Positions 28,669 to 38,788 of a DNA stretch of 59,302 nucleotides are shown here, piece after piece. Each line of letters begins with the position of its first letter. Within the stretch, counting starts at the first letter, position 1. Source of the stretch: a virus (Duplodnaviria > Caudoviricetes). Location: positions 1-59,302 of the IMG/VR virus record IMGVR_UViG_3300025889_000130, one strand, 5' to 3'. The notes below the pieces were generated by a model. The model was given only the letters and a program-made list of their open reading frames with translations. It was not told the origin of the DNA and did no database searches. The position numbers and the translations under genes were made by a program.

Positions 28669-28782
28669 ATGACCCTAGTCCAAAAACTCCAACTTAAGAT
28701 TCGTATGCAAAACAGCATTGCCAAAAGTCAGGCAGCAATCAAAGAAATTAAAGCCGACATGGAACGCATTCGCAAATTTTAA
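28669..28782 (+). CDS. LQLKIRMQNSIAKS-family protein, short paralog 3
   Basis: MTLVQKLQLKIRMQNSIAKSQAAIKEIKADMERIRKF. Confidence 0.7.
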   Translation: MTLVQKLQLKIRMQNSIAKSQAAIKEIKADMERIRKF

Positions 28783-29238
28783 TCAAAAAACTTAAAAGTT
28801 ATTAAAAATGCACATACAAATTAAAAACTACATAGTCAAGAAAAAGAAATGTGGTAAGTACATTCTTTGTATTAAAAAGGATTAAAAGATAAGCACTCCC
28901 CCCTTTTTTCAAAAAAAATCATTAACAAAAAATTCTAATTAGGCGGGGGGGTGGTATTTCTCATAATCAAAACAATTTTTTCATTTAAAAACAAAACAAA
29001 AAAATAAAAAGACCCCCCCTATTTAATAGAAAAAAACAAAAAACAAAAACAAAAAACCCGAAGTAAAAGTAAAAAAAAATCGGACCCCATATATTTTCCA
29101 GGCAAAATTATAAATTATGGCACGGATTCCGTGCTAAAAAGTAAAGCTTTAATTTACAGCCCCAATTAAAAAATAAGCCCCAATCAAAATGAAAGGGGCC
29201 TATTAATGAATGACAGATATGATAATAAATCTATATCA

Positions 29239-29532
29239 TTATGGTTCTGGAACATTACTAAAGTCTGGCTGTTCGACAGTGCCTTCTTTAATAACTGGAC
29301 CTGAAAGAATTTCATTTTTTTCTTTAACCTCAAAAAAGTCTTGTTGAATTTGGGCGATGGTTTCTTCATCTGCCTGCTCAATAGTTTTCTTTGCTTGGGC
29401 GCGACATTGATTCTCAATAAGCAATAAAACTTGGTTAAATTGCAATCCAGCGAAAATTTTGCCCGCGACAAACTCTGCGAGATCAGCTTTTTCTTGCTCT
29501 GTTAATGTTGGTTGAGGTAGATTATTTTCCAT
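29239..29532 (-). CDS. hypothetical protein
   Basis: ORF in a short minus-strand cluster. Confidence 0.6.
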   Translation of the reverse strand: MENNLPQPTLTEQEKADLAEFVAGKIFAGLQFNQVLLLIENQCRAQAKKTIEQADEETIAQIQQDFFEVKEKNEILSGPVIKEGTVEQPDFSNVPEP

Positions 29533-29559
29533 AATAAATTATATTAAAGGATACAAGAA

Positions 29560-29793
29560 TTAAGTCAAGTCAAAAGGATAAGTTTTTTCAAAATTAATGA
29601 TGGTATATATTTTTGAATGAGGAATAATTATCTTTGGGCGGTAATAAATATTTTCAAGTATATTAATCAAGTCATCTGCGTATATTTTCCTAACCCGAAC
29701 AATAATATTAGATTGTTCTTGATTGCAGAAAACTTCCTCTCCGAATTTCTCACAAATCTTTATTGGGTCCATTATTTGCAATGTCCTTTTCAA
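29560..29793 (-). CDS. hypothetical protein
   Basis: ORF overlapping the upstream minus-strand gene. Confidence 0.5.
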   Translation of the reverse strand: MKRTLQIMDPIKICEKFGEEVFCNQEQSNIIVRVRKIYADDLINILENIYYRPKIIIPHSKIYTIINFEKTYPFDLT

Positions 29794-29944
29794 GGAGATC
29801 GTTAATTTCTTTAATTTTATTTTTTTTTATATAGTTTGCTGGAGTCAAACCATTTAGTTCTTTTCTTGGGGTTCCTAACCATTTTCCAGCGTTATACAAA
29901 GAAAAATTTTCGGAAATTTTTAGCATTAAATCGATCTTATTCAT
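29750..29944 (-). CDS. Xre/MbcA/ParS antitoxin C-terminal-like (DUF2384-like) protein
   Basis: A.KWL.TP..ELNG.TP...I......I..LL pattern. Confidence 0.55.
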   Translation of the reverse strand: MNKIDLMLKISENFSLYNAGKWLGTPRKELNGLTPANYIKKNKIKEINDLLEKDIANNGPNKDL

Positions 29945-30027
29945 AAAATATCTGATATATTATAATGTATTTATCTTTTTTTTAAAAGTATTATTTAAAT
30001 ATATATTGCAAAGTGTAATATATTTAT

Positions 30028-30756
30028 ATGGCTAGAAAAAAACCTACTAAAACAAGCGAAGAGGAAATTATATTAGATAAAAACTTTAATGGATTAACCT
30101 CTAAATTTCATGTTCATTCAAAAAATCTAACAAACAAGCAAAGAAATTTTGTAGAAATTGCGACCAGCCCAGATACCAATATTGTTTTTTGTGCTGGACC
30201 CGCAGGGACAACAAAGACTTATGTTGCTGTTTATTCTGCTTTAAGGTATTTAAGCGTAGATACTGATTTAGATTTATATTATGTCAGGACCGTAGTTGAG
30301 AGTGCTGAAAGAGGTCTTGGTGCATTACCTGGAGACATAGACGAGAAATTTAACCCTTATATGGCTCCACTGGATGATAAGCTTAGGGAAATGGTAAGGC
30401 CGACAATTATACCAGAGCTTATTAAAAAGAGGCGTATCGAAGCTATGCCTATTAATTATTTAAGAGGAGCAAGCTGGACCAATAAAATTGTTGTGGCCGA
30501 TGAAGCCCAAAACTTTACTTTTAAAGAGCTAACGACTCTGGTAACAAGACTAGGAGAAGGTAGCAAGCTATTTATTTGCGGAGATTTCTTACAATCAGAT
30601 ATTAACGGCAAAACAGGATTTAAAAAAATGTATGATTTATTTGATGACGACCAAAGCAAAGAAAAAGGCATATATACATTTGAATTTACAGTAGATGATA
30701 TCAAAAGAAGTAAAATCTTAAGTTTTGTTATAAACAAAATAGAAAAATGCAATTAA
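30028..30756 (+). CDS. phoH: PhoH-family ATPase
   Basis: GPAGTTKT, LGALPGD..EKF.PY, LRGAS, DEAQN, TRLG and GD..QSD motifs. Confidence 0.95.
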   Translation: MARKKPTKTSEEEIILDKNFNGLTSKFHVHSKNLTNKQRNFVEIATSPDTNIVFCAGPAGTTKTYVAVYSALRYLSVDTDLDLYYVRTVVESAERGLGALPGDIDEKFNPYMAPLDDKLREMVRPTIIPELIKKRRIEAMPINYLRGASWTNKIVVADEAQNFTFKELTTLVTRLGEGSKLFICGDFLQSDINGKTGFKKMYDLFDDDQSKEKGIYTFEFTVDDIKRSKILSFVINKIEKCN

Positions 30757-30780
30757 TTATTGTGTACATAGCATGTAAAT

Positions 30781-31356
30781 ATGGAAATAATTATTGCAGC
30801 AATAATTGGGGCGTTCTCGACAATAGCAACGGTATATTTAAAAATTTTTTTAAACGAACAATCTGAGCATACTAAACTCAAAAAGCATACAGAACAAAAC
30901 GATGATGTTTACAAAGCCCTTGAATACACAAAGGAAAAGTTAGAGTCCGACAGGGTTGTAGTGTATGAATTTCATAATGGGGACGTTTATTATTCTGGAG
31001 GTTCTCAGCAAAAATTTAGCAATACATACGAGGTTTTGGCGCATGGAATCAGTTCAGAGCTTAAAAATCAACAAAACTTAAGGGTATCTTCTTTTAATAG
31101 GTTTATAAAGCCTTTAATTGATGAAGATGATTATGGATTTTGGGACATAAACCAAGTAGAAGATATAATTACTAAAACTTTTTTTGAAGATCAGGGCACA
31201 AAAAGTACTTATTGTGTACCAATAAAATTATTAAGTGGTAAAATCATTGGAATACTAGGCGTAGACTACGTTAAGGAACCAAAAAAGCTAACAAACACTC
31301 AGAAGGCTTTTGTTAAAAATCAGTCTTGCATTATATCTGGATATTTAAAAACTTAA
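30781..31356 (+). CDS. N-terminal TM plus GAF-like domain protein (possible holin)
   Basis: TM helix, then DRV.VYEFHNG...S.Y.VPI......IIGILGVDY. Confidence 0.5.
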   Translation: MEIIIAAIIGAFSTIATVYLKIFLNEQSEHTKLKKHTEQNDDVYKALEYTKEKLESDRVVVYEFHNGDVYYSGGSQQKFSNTYEVLAHGISSELKNQQNLRVSSFNRFIKPLIDEDDYGFWDINQVEDIITKTFFEDQGTKSTYCVPIKLLSGKIIGILGVDYVKEPKKLTNTQKAFVKNQSCIISGYLKT

Positions 31357-31376
31357 TTTTTTTTTTATAATATATC

Positions 31377-31772
31377 ATGAACGTAGATTACTGTACTCAT
31401 TGTGGTTATAAAAATACATACGTGGGAATCGCTCCTACATATTGTGGAGGATGCGGTAAGCAATTAAATTCATCTATTGCAAGCAGATCAAACACAACTA
31501 ATAAAAAAATAACTCAAACAAAATTAAGTGTTGCAGTTGCTGAAGAGTATGAACGTATTCCTGATATTAGAGAACTGGAATATAAAATCGAAGGAATGCA
31601 TTATGATAAACTTAAGCTGTCAGACGTTATGAGGCAAAAACCTTCAGAAAATAAAATCAAACGATCTTCAGGGGCTAAAAGCAATCAATTAAATAACAAG
31701 AAAGACGTACTCAAAGAGAGCATAGAAATCTGCAAAAGCGCAAGAATTCAACCTCCTTCAGAAATTGAGTAA
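31377..31772 (+). CDS. zinc-ribbon protein
   Basis: CTHCG...CGGCG. Confidence 0.65.
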   Translation: MNVDYCTHCGYKNTYVGIAPTYCGGCGKQLNSSIASRSNTTNKKITQTKLSVAVAEEYERIPDIRELEYKIEGMHYDKLKLSDVMRQKPSENKIKRSSGAKSNQLNNKKDVLKESIEICKSARIQPPSEIE

Positions 31773-32499
31773 ATCTAAATTAACTTATGCGGATAAATCT
31801 GAAATAATAAACCGCGAATTGCAAAAAAGAAGCCATAAATGGTTTCTTGATTCTGTGACATGGATGGATTATGAAGATGTATGTCAAATAATTAGAATAC
31901 ATATAAGCAATAAATGGGATCAATGGGATCAATCCAGACCACTAGAACCATGGTTAAATAAAATTATTTCAAACCAAATAAAAAACATACTTAGAAATAA
32001 TTATGGTAATTATGTTAGACCTTGTTTGAATTGTCCATTTAATTATGACATCTCAACAAACGACGAGCTTAGTGGGCTTTGTAGTTTTACTTCTAATAAG
32101 ATTCAGTCTAGCGAATGTCCCTTGTATGAAAAATGGGAAAAGAAAAAAAAGGATGCATATAATACTAAAATGGTTCTCACTATAGAAAACCACCAGAAAG
32201 AAGCCTCTATATTACCAGAAGAAACGTTTTCTGAATTGGACGAATCAATTAAAAGAATTAATAAATATATGAAAGAGGTCTTAACTGAGAAGCAATATAA
32301 AGCATACGATATGTTATGCATAAAAAACATGACAGATCAACAGGTTGCTGAACAGCTAGGATTTAAAACTTCTGAACAAGGAAAATCGGCAGGTTACAAA
32401 CAAATCCGTAATTTAAAAAAAATGTTTAAAGAAAAGGTTCAAAAAATCATTAGAACACAAGATATAATTATTAATGACGATGGAAATAGAACTTACTGA
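31765..32499 (+). CDS. phage RNA polymerase sigma factor (sigma70/ECF-like)
   Basis: Region 2-like YEDVCQ...WD.SRPL.PWL.KI..N.IKN.LR; region 4 HTH LTEKQ...MTDQQVAEQLG. Confidence 0.7.
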   Translation: MSKSKLTYADKSEIINRELQKRSHKWFLDSVTWMDYEDVCQIIRIHISNKWDQWDQSRPLEPWLNKIISNQIKNILRNNYGNYVRPCLNCPFNYDISTNDELSGLCSFTSNKIQSSECPLYEKWEKKKKDAYNTKMVLTIENHQKEASILPEETFSELDESIKRINKYMKEVLTEKQYKAYDMLCIKNMTDQQVAEQLGFKTSEQGKSAGYKQIRNLKKMFKEKVQKIIRTQDIIINDDGNRTY

Positions 32500-33535
32500 A
32501 GAACAAAAGCAAACTATTGGAGATAATTATAAAAAAATACCTGATCTAATAGAGCTAACTAGAAAAGTATTCAATAATGAGTCTTTAGACGGCAGAACCA
32601 AGGAGGGCAAGCTTGTACGTCAATATTTAATTGAATGCGGCTTTCAGTACAATACTACAAAAAAGAAAAAAGTTAAAAACATCATATTAACAGATGAACA
32701 AAAAGAATTTATAGAAGCATCTGCAAAAGATAATATGAATGCATTTCAAATTGCATCAATCATATGGGCGGAAGGTAATATTACCCCATTAAGCAAAGAG
32801 ACATTAGTAGTAGCAGATTATATAAAAAGCAATAAGCCCAATTTATTAAGAATAGAAGATTCTGCACTGGGAGAAGAATACCAACCTCCTAAAACACTTT
32901 CTGAAGTCGTCAAGTTAATTAATGATTATGCTTTGACTGAGTTAGTGATCAGTAGATTACCCCTCAAAGAAAAAAAGTACGCAGAGTCTATGCTGAAGTT
33001 CCTTTCTACGCATCGATTGTTACAAGTCATCAATAATTATACGGACAACACAGATAGAAAATTATTTGAAGCAGAATTCATTCGTACTACTTGGGACAAA
33101 CCAGATTTAACTGCAGATGAAATTAACTTATATATCAATGTATGTATAGACTATGTCAATCTAAAGAATATAAGCAAAGCTATGGAAAAATTAAATAGAA
33201 TGTTCCATGAAGCAGAAGATCAAAGAGATATGACAGTAAGACTAGCTGAATTATTAAAAACAAAAAGCGACGAATACAATCAATGTGAAAAAAGAATGGA
33301 GTCGCTCATCAACCGTTTAAACGGTGATAGAGCGTTAAGGATAAAAGGCAGAAAAGAAGAGAATGCATCTATTCTTTCTTTAGTAGAATTATTTCAGGAT
33401 GAAAAAGAGCGTGAACTTATGCTAAAAATGGCAAACATGCAAAAAGAAGCTGTAAAAGAAGAAGCCGCACGAATTGAATCAATGCCCGCTTGGAAAGCTC
33501 GTGTGCTTGGTATTAGACGCGAAGATATAATATGA
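32474..33535 (+). CDS. conserved hypothetical protein upstream of terminase
   Basis: Long helical ORF in the packaging operon. Confidence 0.65.
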   Translation: MTMEIELTEEQKQTIGDNYKKIPDLIELTRKVFNNESLDGRTKEGKLVRQYLIECGFQYNTTKKKKVKNIILTDEQKEFIEASAKDNMNAFQIASIIWAEGNITPLSKETLVVADYIKSNKPNLLRIEDSALGEEYQPPKTLSEVVKLINDYALTELVISRLPLKEKKYAESMLKFLSTHRLLQVINNYTDNTDRKLFEAEFIRTTWDKPDLTADEINLYINVCIDYVNLKNISKAMEKLNRMFHEAEDQRDMTVRLAELLKTKSDEYNQCEKRMESLINRLNGDRALRIKGRKEENASILSLVELFQDEKERELMLKMANMQKEAVKEEAARIESMPAWKARVLGIRREDII

Positions 33536-34491
33536 TTGATCCGCTCCAGCCAAACCTTTATTGCAAAATCTGTAGTGAAAAATTTCAAACAGAAAGATCA
33601 CTGCATACCCATTTAAAAAAACATAAATTAACAATCGCAGAATATTATTGTAAAGAATACCCAAGAATAAACAAACTAACGGGAGACCCCCTTCCTTTTA
33701 AAAATAAATTTGATTATTTTACAAAAGATTTTACTAGCCGCGATCAAATGAATAAATGGATAGAAAGATCTCCCGAAGACGAAGTCAAGGAGTATATTCT
33801 TAACCAATTAAACTTTCGGATTAAAAATAAAAAATTGAGATACGCTCCTTTTCATATTGAATTAGAAATGATGAAATTGCCTTGTCTTGATATTTTTATT
33901 AAATATTTTGGAAGTTATTCTAATGCTTGTAGTAAGATTGGGGTTGAGCCTTTGTTTAAAAGAGGACTAAGGTCTCCAGAACAATTTTTTGAGAAAAACA
34001 AAAAATTTAAAAACGTTTTTATATATATTGACACAAGAGAGCAGAAGCCACTTAGTTTTAGAAATTCTAAGAAAATGAAACTAGATTTTGGTGACTATAC
34101 AACGAGGGGTGATGACTATACATATACTTATATAGATAGAAAAAGCGAGTCAGATTTTAAGGGTACATTAAGTCAAGGGCTAGATAGATTTAAAGAAGAG
34201 TTAGAGAGGGCTAAAACTTTTAAAAGCTTTCTGTATGTTGTCGTAGAGAGCGACATAAAGAAGATACAAAAAAACAATATTTTCGGGCCTCACAAATCAA
34301 ACCTAGAATATATATTTCATAATTTAAGAAATTTGACTCATGAGTATAGTGGGGTCTGTCAATTTCTTTTTACAAGCAATAGAACAAATTCTGAAATTAT
34401 TATACCAAAACTACTTGTTGCTGGCAAAAAATTATGGAATGTTGATCTTCAATATTTTATTGATAAATATGGAATTGGAAGTGAAGCATAA
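33532..34491 (+). CDS. C2H2 zinc finger plus ERCC4/XPF-family nuclease
   Basis: CKIC...H..H finger; IDTREQ, GDY, IDRKS..DF and RF..EL.RA motifs. Confidence 0.85.
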   Translation: MIDPLQPNLYCKICSEKFQTERSLHTHLKKHKLTIAEYYCKEYPRINKLTGDPLPFKNKFDYFTKDFTSRDQMNKWIERSPEDEVKEYILNQLNFRIKNKKLRYAPFHIELEMMKLPCLDIFIKYFGSYSNACSKIGVEPLFKRGLRSPEQFFEKNKKFKNVFIYIDTREQKPLSFRNSKKMKLDFGDYTTRGDDYTYTYIDRKSESDFKGTLSQGLDRFKEELERAKTFKSFLYVVVESDIKKIQKNNIFGPHKSNLEYIFHNLRNLTHEYSGVCQFLFTSNRTNSEIIIPKLLVAGKKLWNVDLQYFIDKYGIGSEA

Positions 34492-34695
34492 GAAAACTAA
34501 GAAAATTTACAAATGCCTACCTGGGTTTATTAATATACTTAAAGACTGGAGGTTTATTGTAGGAGATGGATCACACGAGAAGCATCAAAACATGAAAGAC
34601 TATGATATCTATATTGCTAAAGAAGAATTATGGATAGACCTAATATATGCATATCAAGAAGGCTTCCTTGAGCCTAGCGAGTTAAGGAGTTGGTT

Positions 34696-36576
34696 ATGAG
34701 CTGGGAGGTTGGCGTACAAAAATATCAAAAAAATGATGCAAACGAGAGAATTGCAGCAGAGCAGGGGTTTATTGGAGAAAAGAAAGCGAAACTCCTTCTT
34801 TATGAATTTTTAAGAGAAAATACTACATTTGCAGTAGATCTTTTGAGTGGAGTAAAATTATTTCCATTTCAACATATGAGCATTAAAGCTATGATGGAGA
34901 CAGATTACTTTTTAGGCGTGTGGTCACGGGGTATGTCGAAATCGTTCACGACTGCTATTTTTGCATTTTTAGATGCTATTTTAAACCAAGGTGTCGAAAT
35001 AGGAATCCTATCTAAGTCATTTAGACAGGCTAAAATGATTTTTAGAAAAATTGAAGATATTGCTGCCAAACCCGAAGCTAAATACTTAGCTCAATGTATA
35101 ACTCGCAAATCTAAACAGAACGATCAATGGACATTGGAATTCGGCCAAAGTAAAATTCATGCATTACCTCTCGGAGATGGAGAAAAGCTTCGGGGTTTTC
35201 GTTTTCATAGAATTATTATTGATGAATTCTTACTCATGCCTGAAAGAGTATATAATGAGGTTATCGTACCTTTCTTATCTGTTGTGCAAAATCCAACTCA
35301 ACGAGAAGATGTATACAAATTAGAGTCACAGCTTATAGATCAAGGCAAAATGAAAGAAGAAGATAGGCATAAATGGCCAAACAATAAACTGATAGCATTA
35401 TCTTCTGCTTCCTATAAGTTTGAATATATGTATAAATTATATCAAGAATTTGAGAATTTAATTCATGGATATATAAAAGAAGAAGAAAATCCATATGGTG
35501 AAAATGCGAGAAGGGTAATTATGCATTTTTCTTATGATTGTGCGCCCAAAGCTCTTTATGATCAAAATTTAATTAATCAAGCTAAAGCTTCCATGAGTCA
35601 ATCTCAGTTTGATAGAGAGTTTGGCGCAGTATTCACTGATGATAGTTCTGGTTATTTCAAGACATCTACCATGGTCAAATGCACTGTAGCAGATGGAGAT
35701 ACTCCAAGTGTTGAAATCGCTGGAGACCCTAATGCAAAATATATTTTAGCTTTTGACCCTAGTTGGGCAGAGACGGAAAGTAGTGATGATTTTGCTATGC
35801 AGGTTTTAAAACTAAGCGATTCAAATGATAGATCTATTTTAGTACATAGTTATGCTTTAGCTGGCTCCAAACTAAAGGATCATATAAATTATTTTCATTA
35901 TTTATTAAATAGTTTTAATATCGTAGCTATAGTAGGTGACTATAATGGTGGGGTGCAATTTATAAATTCAGTAAACGAAAGTCAGTTATTTAAAGAAAGT
36001 AAAATTAAAATTGAAACAATTGACACAAAGTTTGATGATATGACAAAATACAATGAATCATTAGTTGATGCCAAAAAACAATATCAACAAGGTAAAATTT
36101 GTTATTTAAGAACCCCATCTTCAAATTGGATTAGGCAAGCAAATGAAATGCTGCAAAAAAACTTTGATCATAAAAAATTATGGTTTGCGTCCAGGGCTAT
36201 TAATGATGAATATCACTTGCAAAGAAAAAAAAGAATCCCAATCAATGATATAAAATATTTAACTGAAAAAGCTGATTCTAATGCTGTTATTATGGATAAG
36301 GACGCCAAAATGATAGATTTCCTTGAGCATCAACATGATATGATGAACCTAACAAAAGCAGAGTGCGCTTTAATTCAAATCAAAACCTCTCCACAAGGAA
36401 CCCAAACTTTTGACTTGCCCGATAATTTAAAAAGACAAACTGGGCCAAATAAACCAAGAAAAGACTCGTATTCAGCTTTAGTCTTAGGTAATTGGATGGT
36501 ACAGGTTTATTACGACATGATGTCTGCGGAATCAAAACCTATATATTCTGGATTCACCCCAATGTTTATTAGATAG
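34696..36576 (+). CDS. terL: terminase large subunit
   Basis: SRGMSKS Walker A, LRGFR...IIIDE Walker B, coupling motif LSSA, nuclease FDPS...DD and RKDSYSAL. Confidence 0.92.
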   Translation: MSWEVGVQKYQKNDANERIAAEQGFIGEKKAKLLLYEFLRENTTFAVDLLSGVKLFPFQHMSIKAMMETDYFLGVWSRGMSKSFTTAIFAFLDAILNQGVEIGILSKSFRQAKMIFRKIEDIAAKPEAKYLAQCITRKSKQNDQWTLEFGQSKIHALPLGDGEKLRGFRFHRIIIDEFLLMPERVYNEVIVPFLSVVQNPTQREDVYKLESQLIDQGKMKEEDRHKWPNNKLIALSSASYKFEYMYKLYQEFENLIHGYIKEEENPYGENARRVIMHFSYDCAPKALYDQNLINQAKASMSQSQFDREFGAVFTDDSSGYFKTSTMVKCTVADGDTPSVEIAGDPNAKYILAFDPSWAETESSDDFAMQVLKLSDSNDRSILVHSYALAGSKLKDHINYFHYLLNSFNIVAIVGDYNGGVQFINSVNESQLFKESKIKIETIDTKFDDMTKYNESLVDAKKQYQQGKICYLRTPSSNWIRQANEMLQKNFDHKKLWFASRAINDEYHLQRKKRIPINDIKYLTEKADSNAVIMDKDAKMIDFLEHQHDMMNLTKAECALIQIKTSPQGTQTFDLPDNLKRQTGPNKPRKDSYSALVLGNWMVQVYYDMMSAESKPIYSGFTPMFIR

Positions 36577-36751
36577 TATTATGTCTGCACAAGAAGTTAT
36601 ATATCAACTCAGAAGAGAGATTGCCGAAAAAGATTTATTAATTCAAAATTTGAAAAAGCAAATTGAATCAATAAAAAATCAAAAAGCTAAAAAGTAAATA
36701 AAAGTTGAAAAGTTAACTTTTAACTTTTAAAAAAGTCGTGTATAATACTAT

Positions 36752-38755
36752 ATGGCAAGAAAATATATTAAGCGATCAGATTATTGGGACAAATTTAATA
36801 AAGCAAGCGAAAAGAAGTCTTTGGAAGATTTGTATGATGCAAACCAAAACTGGGAACCGTCATTTGAAGGTTCGGCGTATTACACAAGTAAGGCTGCAAA
36901 ATATAATCGAAATACTATCGGCGGCTTAAATACAACTAGTAGGCAGAATGCAGCTGGAAGTAGACCAATTTTAGATAAATATATAAATATAGCAGAAGGA
37001 TCTTTGCCATATAATTATAGAGACGCTGGATACGTGGATATCCAAGATGCTATACAGCTGTGCCAAAAAGCTTATGCAAATGTCGCTATATTTAGAAATA
37101 CTATTGATGTAATGTCTGAATTTTCAAATTCTAATATTTATCTTGAAGGGGGCAATGAGAAAGTTAATAAATTTGTTTATAAATGGTTAGAAAAGATTAA
37201 AATTTGGCAAATCAAAGATCAGTACTTTCGTGAATATTATAGAAGCGGTAATATTTTTATATATAGGATAGATGGTAAGTATTCCCATGAAGATATTAAA
37301 AAAATGCAAACCATATATGGAGCAAATAATAAATATATAGACAGCGGTAAAATTCCCATTATGTATACGTTTTTAAATCCATATGATATAATCGCAAAAA
37401 GAGCATTAAGCTTTAGTAAATCTGGAGGTAGTTATGGAAACTATGCTAAAATCCTATCAGAATATGAAATAGAATCATTGAGAGATCCTAAGACTGATTA
37501 TGATAAAGAGGTTTTTGATGCCTTGGAGCCAGAGATTAAAAAAAGAATTAAAAATAACGGCTGGACTCAGGACGGGATTACAATTAGCCTTGATGCAAAA
37601 AGATTAATATATTCTTTTTATAAAAAACAAGACTACGAACCATTTGCCATGCCTTTTGGCTTCCCTATACTTGATGATTTAAATTGGAAGATAGAATTAA
37701 AGAAGATTGATCAAGCGATAGTTAAAACTGTTGAGAATGTAATATTATTGATTACAATGGGTTCTGAGCCAGACAAGGGTGGAATTAATCCCAATAACCT
37801 AAAGGCTATGCAGAATTTATTTCAAAATGAGAGCATAGGAAGGGTTTTAGTTTCTGATTATACTACAAAAGCTGATTTTGTGATGCCAGATTTAAATAAA
37901 GTTCTTGGCTCTGAAAAATATAAGGTGGTTAATGAAGATATTAAAGAAGCTTTGCAAAATGTTATCGTTGGGCATGAAAGGTATAATAATACAGAGGTTA
38001 AAGCAAGAATATTTTTAGAAAGGTTAAAAGAGTCTCGAAATGCTTTTTTAAATGATTTTCTTCAACCGCAAATCAAATTATTATGTGAATCTTTAGGTTT
38101 TAGAGAGTATCCTATTGCTTCTTTTGAAAATATTGATCTCAAGGATGAGTCTCAATTCCAGAGAGTAACTACTAGATTAATGGAGTTAGGCATCTTAACC
38201 CCAGAACAGGGAATCAATGCAATAGAGACGGGAGTTTTCCCAAGCAAAGAAGATATGCCCAAAAGCCAGCAAATCTACAAACAACAAAGAGAAGAAGGGT
38301 TTTATAATCCTTTGGTAGGTGGAGTGCCAATGGTAACTCCACCAGAAGGAGAATTAGAAAAAGTTAATTTAAATAATAAAACTCCAGAATCTCCAGGTAG
38401 ACCTAACGGAACAAAAGGTATCAAGCAAGGCATTGCTAAACAAACCTATAGTAGAAAAAATTTACAAAAAACTATTAAAGATGTAGAAAGTTTTAGATCG
38501 TTTATTGAAGCGGAAATTAAAAATAAATTTAACATTAAAAGGCTTAATAAGCAAAAAAAACAACTAATTGATGTATTATGCGAAAATATTGTCATCGCAT
38601 CTAATCAAGACAACTGGCAAGAGCGGGCAAAGGAGTGTATAAAAGATTTTGACAAAATCGAAAAGCTTTCTGTAATTCCTGAAATAAATGAAATAGCCGC
38701 CCACCACCAAGTTAAGCTTTATGAAGCTTCATTATTGTATCACAGTAATAAATAG
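36752..38755 (+). CDS. portal protein
   Basis: Follows terL; size; FRNTID.MSEF, FREYYRSGN and KKQDYEPFA.P motifs. Confidence 0.8.
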   Translation: MARKYIKRSDYWDKFNKASEKKSLEDLYDANQNWEPSFEGSAYYTSKAAKYNRNTIGGLNTTSRQNAAGSRPILDKYINIAEGSLPYNYRDAGYVDIQDAIQLCQKAYANVAIFRNTIDVMSEFSNSNIYLEGGNEKVNKFVYKWLEKIKIWQIKDQYFREYYRSGNIFIYRIDGKYSHEDIKKMQTIYGANNKYIDSGKIPIMYTFLNPYDIIAKRALSFSKSGGSYGNYAKILSEYEIESLRDPKTDYDKEVFDALEPEIKKRIKNNGWTQDGITISLDAKRLIYSFYKKQDYEPFAMPFGFPILDDLNWKIELKKIDQAIVKTVENVILLITMGSEPDKGGINPNNLKAMQNLFQNESIGRVLVSDYTTKADFVMPDLNKVLGSEKYKVVNEDIKEALQNVIVGHERYNNTEVKARIFLERLKESRNAFLNDFLQPQIKLLCESLGFREYPIASFENIDLKDESQFQRVTTRLMELGILTPEQGINAIETGVFPSKEDMPKSQQIYKQQREEGFYNPLVGGVPMVTPPEGELEKVNLNNKTPESPGRPNGTKGIKQGIAKQTYSRKNLQKTIKDVESFRSFIEAEIKNKFNIKRLNKQKKQLIDVLCENIVIASNQDNWQERAKECIKDFDKIEKLSVIPEINEIAAHHQVKLYEASLLYHSNK

Positions 38756-38788
38756 GAATTTTTATATTTTTTTGTGTAAAAGTGATAT

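Noticed and set aside
29118-29136. Sigma54 promoter at TGGCACGGATTCCGTGC
   Set aside because: The GC is not 10 nt after the GG, so the spacing is wrong; kept only as a short hairpin related to the dyad
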